A stretch of DNA of 64,000 nucleotides, taken from assembly GCA_964106645.2 (NCBI GenBank), contig OZ067050.1; one strand, given 5' to 3'. A model generated the notes under the pieces. That model had not been told where the DNA came from. It did not search any database and saw only the letters and a program-made list of their open reading frames with translations. Of the stretch, positions 12,900-24,272 are shown piece by piece. Positions within the stretch are counted from its first letter, which is position 1; every line of letters begins with the position of its first letter. This DNA comes from Podarcis pityusensis (taxonomy: Eukaryota). Position numbers and translations under genes: made by a program.

Positions 12900-13330
12900 A
12901 ACTCCGATGAAGCGGACTCTCTCGTCCAGAAAACCTTACGCCATGGAAAAAAAGAAGTGTTGATTTTTCAGGGGCCACACGATGCAGCAACAGACTGACA
13001 TGGCCAGCCCCGTGAAACATGAAAACAAGAAGCACTCCAAAATAATTTCAAAATCCACATTAGGGCAATACCTTTATTAGGTCAACCAAAATATTACAAA
13101 CCGCATGCAAGCTTTCTCCAGAACCTTTCCTTTTCATGTGTCTCCAAAGTAAGTGATCTGATGAGGGTTGCAGCATAAGGCCCCTTCTGCACCCTTCATA
13201 TGCATGCCGTTGTTTGAAGTTCAACTTATCTCTAAAACTACCCATATCTGCTATATCGGCTTATTGTGCCTACCTCCACTTTCAAATATCTTTGCTGGAA
13301 ACAGATCTGACACCGGTTATCCTCAGGACG
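12900..13330. mobile_element. Degraded Penelope-like fragments
   Basis: Decayed hammerhead CCGATGAAGCGGAC..GTCCAGAAAACCTTACGCC, and GGCAATACCTTTATTAGGTCAACC..CAAGCTTTC. Confidence 0.45.
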
Positions 13331-13758
13331 TCATTGCAGCCTGAATCACAGTCCTCTGCAATGACCTAACTTGTTACAATGCCCCTTTATATAACTTCCA
13401 TCCATACAATATTAAGTTAATACTATTAACCAATCCCTCTGTGTGTGCGTGTGTGTGTGTGTGTGCAAGAGGCAGGGAGGGGTTACTTGCTCTTCTTTGA
13501 CATCTTTCATCATACCGTATCTGCCCATCTCAAGGGTCTAAAATAAGCGTCCTGCCACTTCCCTCCACAAATCTCACTCTGTGCCCCCGAGTACCCAGGA
13601 GTCTTGTGCTTCCAAAGCCCACCCTGTTCTAAACCTCAACCAATACTTCTATTGCTATTCCCAGAGGTCCCAGACATCCCGTCTGCTCCAGACCATGACA
13701 GACTCTCCTCCTCCGGGAACCCAGCTGTTCTAGATCCACGGCAGCCCTTGCTTTATAC

Positions 13759-13902
13759 CAGGAGTAGCTACCGTGGTGTGCTCCACCTGATTTGGACCAC
13801 AGCTCCCAACAGCCTCAGCCAGCATGGCCAATGGTCAGGGATGATGCATGTTGTAGTAAAAAAAACCCCACACATTTGGAGTGCATCACATTGGTTACCC
13901 TG
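13759..13902. mobile_element. Older related hAT MITE copy
   Basis: CAGG...CCCTG ends; shared core CAGCTCCCA..CAGCATGGCCAATGGTCAGGGATGATG..TTGTAGT. Confidence 0.6.
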
Positions 13903-14541
13903 CTTTAACTCAATAAACCCCATGCTTCTCCCTGAATAGCTAGCATTCTCCTTGAATAAGTAGCTCTTCCCTTCCCTGCCCACCTCTGGCAATCCTTTCC
14001 CTTTCTGAATGCAGAAGTCCTGCACCAAAGGACAGCTCTCTTGCAAGTTCCACATTCATAGGTAACTTTGGCTTTGCAAGGAGTAGAAAGACCAGTGAGA
14101 GCTGACTTTCTCTTCTGCTGCTCAGAAGAAGAGGTGGGCTGCTGATGTGGTGCAGTTAAGTAACTTTGGACTTAGGGGGAGAGTCCTCTTAAGGTGGCAA
14201 TGTGTATGACTTCACCTACTTCCAAATTTAGTCAGCCGGCTGTGCTGTGTCTGAGTCCCTGCTACTCATTCTGCTGAGTGGGCCCCTGGACTTCTGCCCC
14301 AAAGTCCAGCCACTGAAGGTGCCTTGCATAATGTCCAGGGAACACCTCGTAACATTTGCTGGATTTGTGATAATAATTTGCCCCCATCAGATGTCCAGTT
14401 TGTAGAGTAGAAGCTTTGAACAGCCAAGGGGGAGAGCCAAAGTCATCTCAGGGTAACGGTGGCGGCCAAACCATGACTCTTCCAGGGACCAGAATAACAT
14501 GTCCTCCGTTTTCTTTTTCTTGACTTTGTGCCCACCACCAG

Positions 14542-14542
<1 letters not shown>

Positions 14543-14577
<35 letters not shown>
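14543..14577. repeat. (CA)n microsatellite
   Basis: Direct reading. Confidence 0.95.
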
Positions 14578-14579
<2 letters not shown>

Positions 14580-15724
14580 TTCCTTTACTTCTCACCCCTA
14601 CTGGATTCCCCATCTGCTACTTCAATATGCTCCCTCATTCATTTCAGGCAAAAGGGGCTATTTCTGTGCTGACGGAAGGACAGCTGGATCCCAACCCAGA
14701 GGGGTGGGGGCAGGATTGGGTTTGACAGGGTGGTGGATAGACAAAACCTCTATCTTTTCAAACAGGGTCCTAATAGGTTGGATGGAGAACTGGAGACTTA
14801 GGATTTGGGGGCTATTTGGAAGAAGAGAAGCTCAGAAGGTGGAAAGAAGGTGCTAGTAAGGTCTTCTCTTCCTGGCGTTTCCATTAATTCTCTGTGTCTG
14901 ACCTTGCATCAGTCCGCCCCGCACCAGAAAAATAAATTTAAAAATGGTCCAGAATCAGATATATGAATAATATTTCTTCTCTCTCCCATGTATTCTGCCC
15001 TGAACTCCATTTGCTGACACACACCATCTTTCCCAGGAGGCATAATTCATTATTTCTACCAAAATGAATTGGGACTCCCAGAGCTGCTAAAAGGGGGACC
15101 CATATAGCTGTCTTCCTCATTAGTTTGTGTGTGTGTGTGTGTTGGAGATAATGGCTGTAAAATGGTGCATGTGTGGGGAGGAGGAGGGTGTACAGAGAAG
15201 AAGGCATCACCAACCCAATATATCCAGCAGCTGGGAATATTATATGAGAGAACAACTCAAGACTCTGGAAGTGAGTCACCAATGCTAGATGGTCCCCAGG
15301 AACGTTGCTTTCCTTTGGGATCTCAAAAGGCCTCCCTCCCTTCCCTCCCCACCTTGGAGAAAAATGATAGACCTAAAACACACACACAAAAATCAAGATC
15401 AGAGCATCAGTTCCATCTATCCTCTATACTTTCTGTTTATTCATCTATCCAATCACTGCTTTCTCTTTCTCTTCTCCTCCCTCCTCCCATGCCTTGTCCT
15501 GTGCTTCCTGGATCCCTTGGCTTGTCCATTCTTCTCCTCCTCCTTTCTCTCTCTCTCTCTCTCTCCCCCCCCCCCCACTTCCTGGGCACCGCACTGCGCT
15601 TCAAAAGAGATTCTAGGGTTTGTGTGCAGAAACTGCTGACGGGACGGGAATTCTGTGCAGTGCAGAGATCCAGCGAGTGGAAGAGAAAGCAGAGAGATTG
15701 CTTTGCAGAAGGAGATGGGGATAT

Positions 15725-15725
<1 letters not shown>

Positions 15726-15758
<33 letters not shown>
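15726..15758. repeat. (GT)n microsatellite
   Basis: Direct reading. Confidence 0.95.
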
Positions 15759-15761
<3 letters not shown>

Positions 15762-17451
15762 ATGCACACACACTCACACACATCCATAGTTAAATGTGTT
15801 AGTGTGGAGTGTGTGTACACATATGTGTGAGCAAGAAAGTGTTCCTGCATCGCACAAGGCTATATGATCTCTGTGTTGGGACATGCATGCTAAGTGTGTG
15901 CATAAAGATACATGGGGCTATCTGTATCTGTGTACATCATGCCCAACTGCATGTACATGCATGGAAGTATGTGGGTATGTATGGGTGCAAGAAGTGTTGC
16001 CTGGGAAAGTCATGTTTCATGCAAGTGTAGAAGCATGTTTGGATGTGCTCAAATTGAACAGTCATTTGCTATGTGCATAATAACAAAAGATCGTGTGTGT
16101 GTGTGTGTGTGTGTGTGTGCAGATCAGGGCTACCTCTATAAAGATCTACATATTTATGAAAAGTATATATAACATGATCTATAGAATATATGCCTATGTA
16201 AATCTGCACACAATGTATACTGAATGACTTGTGTGCCTATTTGTGCGTATTTATGTTTGAATGTGCACACATGCTGAGTTTTGGTTGCAGATTAGTCTGC
16301 AACTAAACCAGCTTAAATCTAATTGAAATCAGTAGATACGGCATAAGCTCATTAAGCAATGAGCTTGTTTAGGTGGACTTGCATGGTGGTATGTGTACAA
16401 CCGCAGATGCATGTGCATCCCTGATTGTGTGTTCAGGAAGGGATAGGAGTGCAGTGAAAGGAATGCATGAGGGTGTGTTACTTTGTGTGCAAACGCACAT
16501 TAGGGTCTGTGTATCTACAGGCCTGCAAAAGAGCACAGCACTGAGTGTGCTCAGTTGGACTGCCTGCGGTTGGGAGAAAATGGATGGAAGTTGTGTGTGT
16601 GTACATATGTGCAAGGCATGTATATGTGTGCAGGGTGAACACGCAAAGGAATGCCAGGTACAAAAGGGCAGGTAGCTTCTTGTATACACATGAGGAACAG
16701 CTCTTTGCTGTGTGCATTGACACAAGGTCTATGGGAGAGCATGTGTAGGTCAGTGTAGGTGCACAGATGTTGCCCAGTTGTGGAGGAATGGCTGAGCAAA
16801 TGGAGGGGCAGACATGCATGCCCTTATGTAAGGAATCTGTCTCTGAGGACAGCAGTTGGGTTGTGCTTCCAGTGACAAAGCATTTTGTGGTAATGTGGCA
16901 ACTGTGTGTGTGTGTGTACCCAATGGGAAATGTGAATGAATTACAGAATTTTCTGTGGTAAGTCTATGTGCAGGAAAGCACATGACTGCTTGCATCATTG
17001 CTTCCCTTCATGGGTTTTAGCAAGGCACCGGAGTGGGGGAACGGTGTAACAGAAGGTGTCTGGGTGCTGAGCATCCGGCACAATCCTGAAGCCTCAGCAG
17101 AAACCTCCTAGCGCTCTTTATTCATTAATCAGAATGCAGATGTTAAGACTGTTTAAAAGCTCACTGGTGGGAATATTGCATGAAATAAGTAAAAAAACCC
17201 AAAAAAACGAACAAACAGGAGGAGGAAGAAGGGGAAAGGGTTTCCCCTCCCCTTCTCGCATCAAAGTTTTGCTGTGAAAATTGGGAAGAGAATGGCAATC
17301 AAGCCCCCTACTCAGTCCCAAAGTTTCGGAGACACTTACAGACAGGGTTATTTTTTTTCTTTTCTTTTTCTCATCTATAATTTCTCATCTGTAAAAAAAA
17401 CAATAATGATGATCTGCCCTAATAGGGCTGTGAGAGGCTCAAGGGTAACAC

Positions 17452-17591
17452 CAGGGAAGCGGAACCTGGTGCCCTCCACATTTCGTTAATTCCCATCTTC
17501 CATCAGTTCCAGCCAGAATAGACGGGGATCAGGAATGGTGGGAGTCGGAGTCCGAAAAGCATGTGGGAAGGCCACACATTTCCCATCCCTG
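17452..17591. mobile_element. Older related hAT MITE copy
   Basis: CAGGG..GCCCTCCA...GGTGGGAGT..GGCCACACATTTCCCATCCCTG. Confidence 0.55.
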
Positions 17592-17804
17592 CCTTATCTT
17601 CACCAAAGGCAACTCAAATCTTACCCTGAGGAAAAACAGTTTTTGCAGCCTACGTACTTCATGCAAATCAGGGAATAACTGCAGTCATAAGGTCCACAGA
17701 GTTGCTTTCTTAAAATTCAGGATGAGAATCTTAGGGTATTGAATGACCACTATGCCGGTTTTCAAATCCTGTGCTTCTAAGGTACAACTGCAGTCATATG
17801 GGAT

Positions 17805-18030
17805 ATTTATTTGATTGCAATAATATGTTATTTTTTTCCTCCAAGGAGCACAGGGAAGCATGCATGCACCTCACCACCACAAACTATGTATTCTCGCAGG
17901 GAACCTATGAAATAGATTAGGCTGAGAGGTAGCAATGGACCCAAAGTCACCCAGTGGGTTTCTTGGCTGAGGAGGGATTTGAATCCAGGTCCCCCTTTAT
18001 TTCAAGTCCAAACTTTGGCCTTATGCCACA
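17805..18030 (-). mobile_element. Squam3-like SINE (diverged)
   Basis: Reverse-oriented hallmarks TTCCTCCAAGGAGC, TTAGGCTGAGAG, CCCAAAGTCACCCAGTG and GGGATTTGAATCCAGG. Confidence 0.6.
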
Positions 18031-18134
18031 TTGAGAATGTATATGTGCCACACTGTGATGTATCCTTGCATACAGACCCAATTAAGAGTTACGGTAATAG
18101 CAGTAGCAATTTTATATATAAAATCTCATTGGCC

Positions 18135-18330
18135 GAGAGAGCCAGTGTGGAACAGTGGATTGCGTGATTAGGGAGACCTGGGTTCAAACTCCTGCTCAAC
18201 CATGAATTTCAGTAGGCCATCTTGCTACCTAATCTACCATACAGGGTTGTTGTGGATAAAGCATGAAGGAAGAGAAAGAGATGTGTCGCCCTAAGCCCTT
18301 TGGAAGAAGAACAGGATAAAAATGTAATAA
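18135..18330 (+). mobile_element. Squam3-like tRNA-derived SINE (diverged)
   Basis: GAGAGCCAGTGTGG...GGGAGACCTGGGTTCAAA...CAGGGTTGTTGTGGATAAA...AAATGTAATAA. Confidence 0.7.
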
Positions 18331-18356
18331 GCAGCTGCTCCTGAAGAACAGTAATA

Positions 18357-18701
18357 GATGCGGGTGGCGCTGTGGGTAAAACCTCAGTGCCTAGGACTTG
18401 CTGATCGTAAGGTCGGCGGTTCGAATCCCCGCGGCGGGGTGAGCTCCCGTCGTTCGGTCCCAGCTCCTGCCCACCTAGCAGTTCGAAAGCACCCCTAAGT
18501 GCAAGTAGATAAATAGGTACCGCTTTATAGCGGGAAGGTAAACGGCGGGTGCTGGCTCACCAGTGCAGCTTTGTCACGCTGGCCACGTGACTGGGAGGTG
18601 TTCTCAGACGGCGCCGGCTTCCGGCCTCTTGAGTGAGATGAGCGCACAACCCTAGAGTCGGTCACGACTGGCCCGTGTGGGGAGGGGTACCTTTACCTTT
18701 A
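18357..18701 (+). mobile_element. Sauria SINE (tRNA-derived head, BovB-type ACCTTT tail), near full length and young
   Basis: GCGGGTGGCGCTGTGGG (A box), GGTTCGAATCC (B box), CCTAGCAGTTCGAAAGCAC core, 3' GTACCTTTACCTTTA. CpGs retained. Confidence 0.88.
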
Positions 18702-18709
18702 AGACAGCG

Positions 18710-18833
18710 TCAGCTCTCAAGATGTTTCTGGACTTCAGCTCCCATCATCCCTGATTATTGGCCAATGGTGGCTGAAGCTGATGGTTGCCAGAAGTCACAG
18801 CAAAACCTGCAGTGCCAGGTTTCCCCACTCCTG
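18710..18833. mobile_element. Older related hAT MITE copy adjacent to the Sauria SINE
   Basis: AGATGTT..GGACTTCAGCTCCCATCATCCCTGA..TTGGCCA..TTCCCCACTCCTG. Confidence 0.55.
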
Positions 18834-18969
18834 ATTTAAAAGGTGGTTAGACAAATTCATGGAGGATAAGGCTAGCAATGCCTACTAGTAACGATAGGCC
18901 AGTGGAACTTCCATTGAGTATGCCACTGAACATCAGGTGCTGGGGAGCTCATGGTGTTGTGTTCATAAA

Positions 18970-19160
18970 GGACAGCCCATACTTCAGTGGTGGAGCTATG
19001 GCAAAAGTCCCAGGTTCAATCAAATTGACAAATGTCTCAGCTGGCAGGTGCTGGGAAAGAGTTTCTGCCTGAGACCTTGGAGGGCCATGGACAGTAAGGG
19101 CAGTCAGTAATGGACTAAAGATCAATAGCCCTGACGGACCTGGTGTAAGTTACCTTTATA
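18970..19160 (+). mobile_element. Old tRNA-derived squamate SINE
   Basis: CTTCAGTGGTGGAGC..GTCCCAGGTTCAATC..GCTGGGAAAGA..TGCCTGAGACCTTGGAG; similar to the copy at 46725-46870. Confidence 0.5.
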
Positions 19161-19766
19161 GGCTGCAGAAATGTAAGTCGATAATTGTTTATCATTTATG
19201 ATTTGTCACTTTCCCTACTCTAACTGTCTTAAGCCTATTCTACTCATACAGTACAATGAGGTGCTAGAAAGGACTGCAAGGGGTGTGGGGGATGGAATAC
19301 TATTTTTAAATGCTCCAGTTTCACCCCCCCCCTTTAAAAAACCCAAAACCTTCTTGCAAGCAGGCAACTAGATCATCAGAAGCTGGACTACTTTTCTACT
19401 TGCAAGGATTAAAACAAACAAACAAGGGGAACATCTAAAAATGTGACCGTAATCTCTCACACTAGTGAAATCCAGTCCAGCCTACAACCCCCAAGTCTTA
19501 GCTTTGCCTGCATGCCTTTCCACTTGTTGGCATAGAGAATAAGAAAAGAAAAGGGGATATCTGCCTTCTGCCAGGAGCATACTCTGTTTTCGTTTGCCAT
19601 GTGGGTGGGTAGGGATGGATGCTTAAGCACAAATGGGTTCCTTTGGTAGGGGATGCTGTTCCTTCTCTGTCTAGTCTTTTCCAAGAATGCATGAGCACTA
19701 ATGGCTTTCTTCCCCATCCTCCCCTGTTACACTCCCTCTTTCCCCATGCCCTGCCTCTCTCTCCAG

Positions 19767-20700
19767 TATGTGGCCTTTGCCTCGCTCTTCTTCATCCTCA
19801 TCTCCATCACCACCTTCTGCCTGGAGACCCACGAGGCTTTCAACCACATCACAAACAAGACAGAGGTCATACAGTCAGAGAACGGCACCACCGTAAAGGT
19901 GGACTTTGAGATGGAGACAGAGCCATTCCTCACCTACGTGGAAGGGATGTGTGTCATCTGGTTTACCTTTGAGTTCCTCATGCGTGTCATCTTTTGCCCA
20001 GACAAGCTGGAGTTCATCAAGAGCACCCTCAACATCATCGACTTTGTGGCCATCCTGCCCTTCTACCTGGAAGTGGGCCTCAGTGGCCTCTCGTCCAAAG
20101 CGGCCAAGGACGTGCTGGGCTTCCTGAGGGTGGTAAGATTTGTCCGGATCCTAAGGATCTTCAAGCTGACAAGGCATTTCGTAGGGCTGAGAGTCCTAGG
20201 CCACACATTGAGAGCCAGTACCAATGAGTTCTTGCTCCTCATCATCTTCCTGGCCCTGGGGGTCTTGATCTTTGCCACCATGATCTACTACGCCGAAAGG
20301 ATCGGGGCTGACCCAGACGACATCACAGGCAGCAAGCACACCACCTTCAAGAACATCCCCATTGGGTTCTGGTGGGCGGTGGTCACCATGACGACTTTGG
20401 GCTACGGTGACATGTACCCCGAGACCTGGTCAGGCATGTTGGTGGGAGCACTGTGCGCCTTGGCTGGCGTGCTGACCATTGCCATGCCCGTGCCCGTCAT
20501 CGTCAACAACTTTGGCATGTATTATTCGCTGGCCATGGCCAAGCAGAAACTACCAAAGAAAAAGAACAAGCACATCCCACGAGCCCCCCAGCCTGGGTCG
20601 CCCAACTACTGCAAACCGGACATGCAGTCCCCACATCGCAGCAACCAGGGCGACTCATGCCCCCTTGCTCAAGAGGAGATCATCGAGATCAACAGGGCAG
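19767..20700 (+). CDS. KCNC3: KCNC3 coding exon 2: S1-S6, pore (TTLGYGD), proximal C-terminus
   Basis: Acceptor ctctctctccag|TAT. Encodes YVAFASLFF...S4 [18 protein letters not shown]...TTLGYGD...PVPVIV...[16 protein letters not shown]...EINRA. Donor G|GTAAGG; 934 nt, phase 1. N-glycosylation sequons NKT and NGT in the S1-S2 loop. Confidence 0.97.
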
Positions 20701-21261
20701 GTAAGGTGGGGGTGGGAAACACCCTGAGGGCAGAAATGGCTAAAAATGCAAACTATTTGCATAAACAGTCTCCTAATCTGGCAGCTTTGAAATTTTCTTC
20801 CGTTTGGGTTCCTCTTTCCACACTGAGTTACATACTGAGGAACTGCTGTTAGGAGGTTGCCCCAGAGCCTATGCACACTGAAGAGGATTCTTGGGCATCT
20901 TAGAGAGTGCGCTCTCATTGTTCCCCTCCATGTGAAACTGAGAGTTACCCTTAGAATGCATCCTGTACACCTCTTTGCACTGCAGAGGAAGGTTGGTAGT
21001 CATGGGCAAGCTGTCCTTCAGGAAAGTTTGTCCATAGCTCATTTGCTAATTATTATTTTTTCAAAAAAATAAGCTGTTCTGCTGTAAGCCACTTGTGTAA
21101 AAAAGGACAAACAAATTTAAGTAATAAATAAAATAATAATAAAATGAATAAAATACTTCCAGGCCTCCTTTCCAAGTCTTGCTGAACCTCAATTTGTTTG
21201 CTCTATGCATCCCACAGCTGTCTCCATACGGTAGGTTAGGATTCCAGCACCCTCCCTGAGA

Positions 21262-21378
21262 TCAGAAGATCAAGGACGGTGTGAGTCATCTACTCCAACC
21301 CCCTGCAATGCAGGAATCTTTTGCCCAATGTGGGGCTTGAACCTCAACCCTGAGTCTCATGCTCTACTGACTGAGTTA
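21262..21378 (-). mobile_element. tRNA-Lys-derived SINE with CR1-type tail
   Basis: 21323-21378 is the reverse complement of a tRNA-Lys(CTT)-like sequence missing its anticodon region. It is joined to the CR1 3' motif CATCTA.TCCAACCCCCTGCAATGCAGGAAT. Confidence 0.65.
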
Positions 21379-21444
21379 TGTTAGTAGAGTTTTGTCAGTG
21401 CCATCAGTAAACTCTCTTTGAGGTTAAACCCTAATGAATCCCAG

Positions 21445-21830
21445 ACATGTAAGAAGAGCCCTGCTGGATCAAACCAAAATCCATCTAGTACAGAATCCTG
21501 TTTCCCAGAGTGGTCAGCCAGATGGCTTCAGGAGGCTATAACCAGGACATGCAGGCAAGAGACTTCCCCCAGTTTAACCTCCTCCACAACACAGTGTGTG
21601 GTATCCAATGGGATACTGCATCTGAACACAGCACTTTTAAATTCTTCTGTCATTGCCAATAGGCCATTGATAGAAACATCCTCCTCCATGAATTTGTCCT
21701 ATCGTCTTTTAAAGCCATCAAAGCCAGAGGCCATCAGCACATCTTGTGGCAGCATATTTCATAAAGTGATCTTACATTTTGTAAATAAACAGTTTGCTTT
21801 CTCTGTCCCTGAATCAACTGCTAATCGATT
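21445..21830 (-). mobile_element. Degraded CR1-type LINE 3' region
   Basis: TAAGAAGAGCCCTGCTGGATCA..CCATCTAGT..ATCCTGTT and TCCTCCATGAATTTGTC..TTTTAAAGCCATC. Confidence 0.55.
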
Positions 21831-24134
21831 TCAGGTCTCGGTCTCTCTCTCTTACACACACACACCCACCCACCCACCCACCCACACACACACACCGCTC
21901 AAGTTCTAGTAAAATGGGAGAAGGAGAAACGAAATCTCTGTAGATAATTTCACCACATTATTCTGTGGAACATAGTTTGAAAACTGCTATTCTAATCCAA
22001 CCTGAACCTTGGAATAATTCTTCAACCAACTCATCCCTGCTGCTTCTGACAGCAGCTAATACAATCAGTAGCATGGGAAACAGCAATTTTAAATTCAAAT
22101 AATAGTCTCCTAGAAACGTGGAGGATATTATTGTGTCACATTCTTTTCCTTGTCTGATGCTTTGCTGCATCGGGTGCTTCTCCCTCCATGCCTTACAGTC
22201 TCTATAGCACAGTTTCTGCCCTTGTGATAGATGTAATATAAGAGAAAGGCTAGAGGAAAGTGAAGCACGTTCCCTCTAAACAAGCTGGTTGACTGTTACC
22301 TGGTATAGTTTCAGTGGAGTCAGTTTATACATTGCTCTGCCAGCCATTCCAGTGTACAACAATCAAGAGCAGACAGCTTGTGCCATATACACATGTGTGT
22401 GAACCAGCACTGTGATTCCAGTTTATGATGTGCACCGCTCAAGTGCCACACATATGCAGAAACCTAAACTCAGTGAGGAATTCAGCATCCAGGGACTCTG
22501 CTTTATTTCTCTAAGCAGGTTTCCAGCCCTTAACAATTACAGAGAGATGCGGAAAAAACGCTTTGAAATTTCAGAAGTCTTTCCAGCATCCCAAAGAGGG
22601 GTCCTGTGCTCCCTTTCTTGCTCTTTGCCCTTCCCAATAAGCAGAAGAGGAAGCAGAGTAAATTTCATTAAACAAAATAGATAAGGAAAGATCTATAGCT
22701 CGTACTTTGTTGATGATATGAAAAAAGAGTACAGACTAAACACAGCTCTACTGTTACTTATTCATAAATAATATTAAACCCACCTTATCTAATGAACCCA
22801 GTACTGCTGCTTATGACTGATACAGATCTCACAGTTAAAATAATAAGCTACAGTATCCCCCCCCCCCTTTATGACGAACCTTTAGGGTAGGAGTTTCCTT
22901 TTCCCATTTTACACATAGCTGAGCCTAAGCCATAGCAGCTTGCCCAAGGCCACACAAATCTGTGAGAAGGACAGAATCACAGGGCTCCTAGAATCAAAAC
23001 CAGTTATTGATTCACTGGCTCAAAATCCAGCTGCCAGTGTCTTAAAATTGTATCTCATCCCCCCCTCCCATTGATTGGCCAAAGTTCACTGGTGTGACTG
23101 TGGATGAGCAGACTCCCTTGGCCATTAGATATGGGGGGAAAGCCAGAAATGTGAGTCAATACATTTTGTAGCTAAAATATTTTGCAATCTGAACAAGCAG
23201 TCTTTCTAGTGGGTTGTATCCCATTGGTCAGATCTGTCAGTCCTCCAAGCTGCTACTCTTATAATGGCACCAAAATCGGCTGTCCTGAGACCGCCACCTC
23301 TCTTTACCTCATAGTATGCCTGTGTCAGAAATGAGCCAAGATTACACCACATCACCTGATATAAAAAGCAGGAGGAGAGTTAGTAGGGCCAAGTTTTGAC
23401 TGGAGATGAGGAAGCTCCCACTGGATTGATATAATGGATCTTGGACAGGAGATAGGTTATATTAAGAGGCAGAGTTTTACTAAGGCAAAGGCTGTAATGT
23501 TGGCAAATGAAACTCTTTCTCCTAACTGTCTTCCTCTCTTTGCTTTGTATACAGCCCTGCACTTTACCTTTTGATATAAGGGAGGTAGTAAGCTAACAAT
23601 ATCACAGAGGCAAGGAATGCTCCACGGGTATTTTTAGGAGACCTGGGCTCAAATCTTTGCTTAGCGTCGAAGTCACCAAGGGGATGGGGCCAAGTCATTA
23701 AGTTTCTGTCTCAGTTCTTCTAACTGTCAAATGAGAATACCAATTGAAATGAGGATTTTAAGTGCTATGTTGTGATTATCTGGATAGTGCGGTGGTTTTC
23801 AAACTCTCTTCACAGAAACATGGGCATTCCTCAGAAGCTTATTGGTAAGAAGCTTTGAAAACTTGTCCACCGTTAGCAGTCCTCCTCTGCAGTGTGCGGC
23901 TGAAGGAGAGTTTGTGTGTGTTTTGACTGGTTCTCTAGGCATTGATGAGGTCAGGCATTTTGCAGAGACCTCAGGGCTCATTTCATTTATTTATTTCATT
24001 TACTGTATATCCCACCTTTTTCCATTATGAAACCCAAGGCAGCATCCATGGCGTGCCCAGGTGGATTTCCCAGCAGACCTAGCTCTATTGAGACCCTGAG
24101 CTGGTTTAAATAATCATTTCCTCTCCTTATTTGC

Positions 24135-24272
24135 TCTGTGAGGGCAATAGGGGCCTCTTAACAACTCTTAGTACCCTTAACAAATTACAGCCCCCAGGAT
24201 TCTTTGGAGGAAACCATGACTGTTTAAAATGGTTACGATACTTCTTTAAATGTATACTGCAGATGAGGCCTC
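24135..24272. mobile_element. MITE fragment (DNA transposon)
   Basis: AACAACTCT..CCCTTAACAAATTACA..CCCAGGATTCTTTGG..CCATGACTGTTTAAA..TTTAAATGTATA..GCAGATG. Confidence 0.5.

Noticed and set aside
13158-13195. CTGATGA as a hammerhead or C/D-box core
   Set aside because: No GAAA after the potential stem II and no closing stems.
15129-15850. 233-aa ORF and overlapping ORFs in intron 1
   Set aside because: Built from CT/GT microsatellites; no homology.
19701-19766. ORF-track N-terminal extension MAFFPILPC.. of exon 2
   Set aside because: It is the intron's polypyrimidine tract; homology begins at YVAF after the AG at 19765-19766.
21323-21378. tRNA-Lys gene
   Set aside because: Anticodon region is deleted and it is fused to a CR1-type tail, so it is a SINE head.
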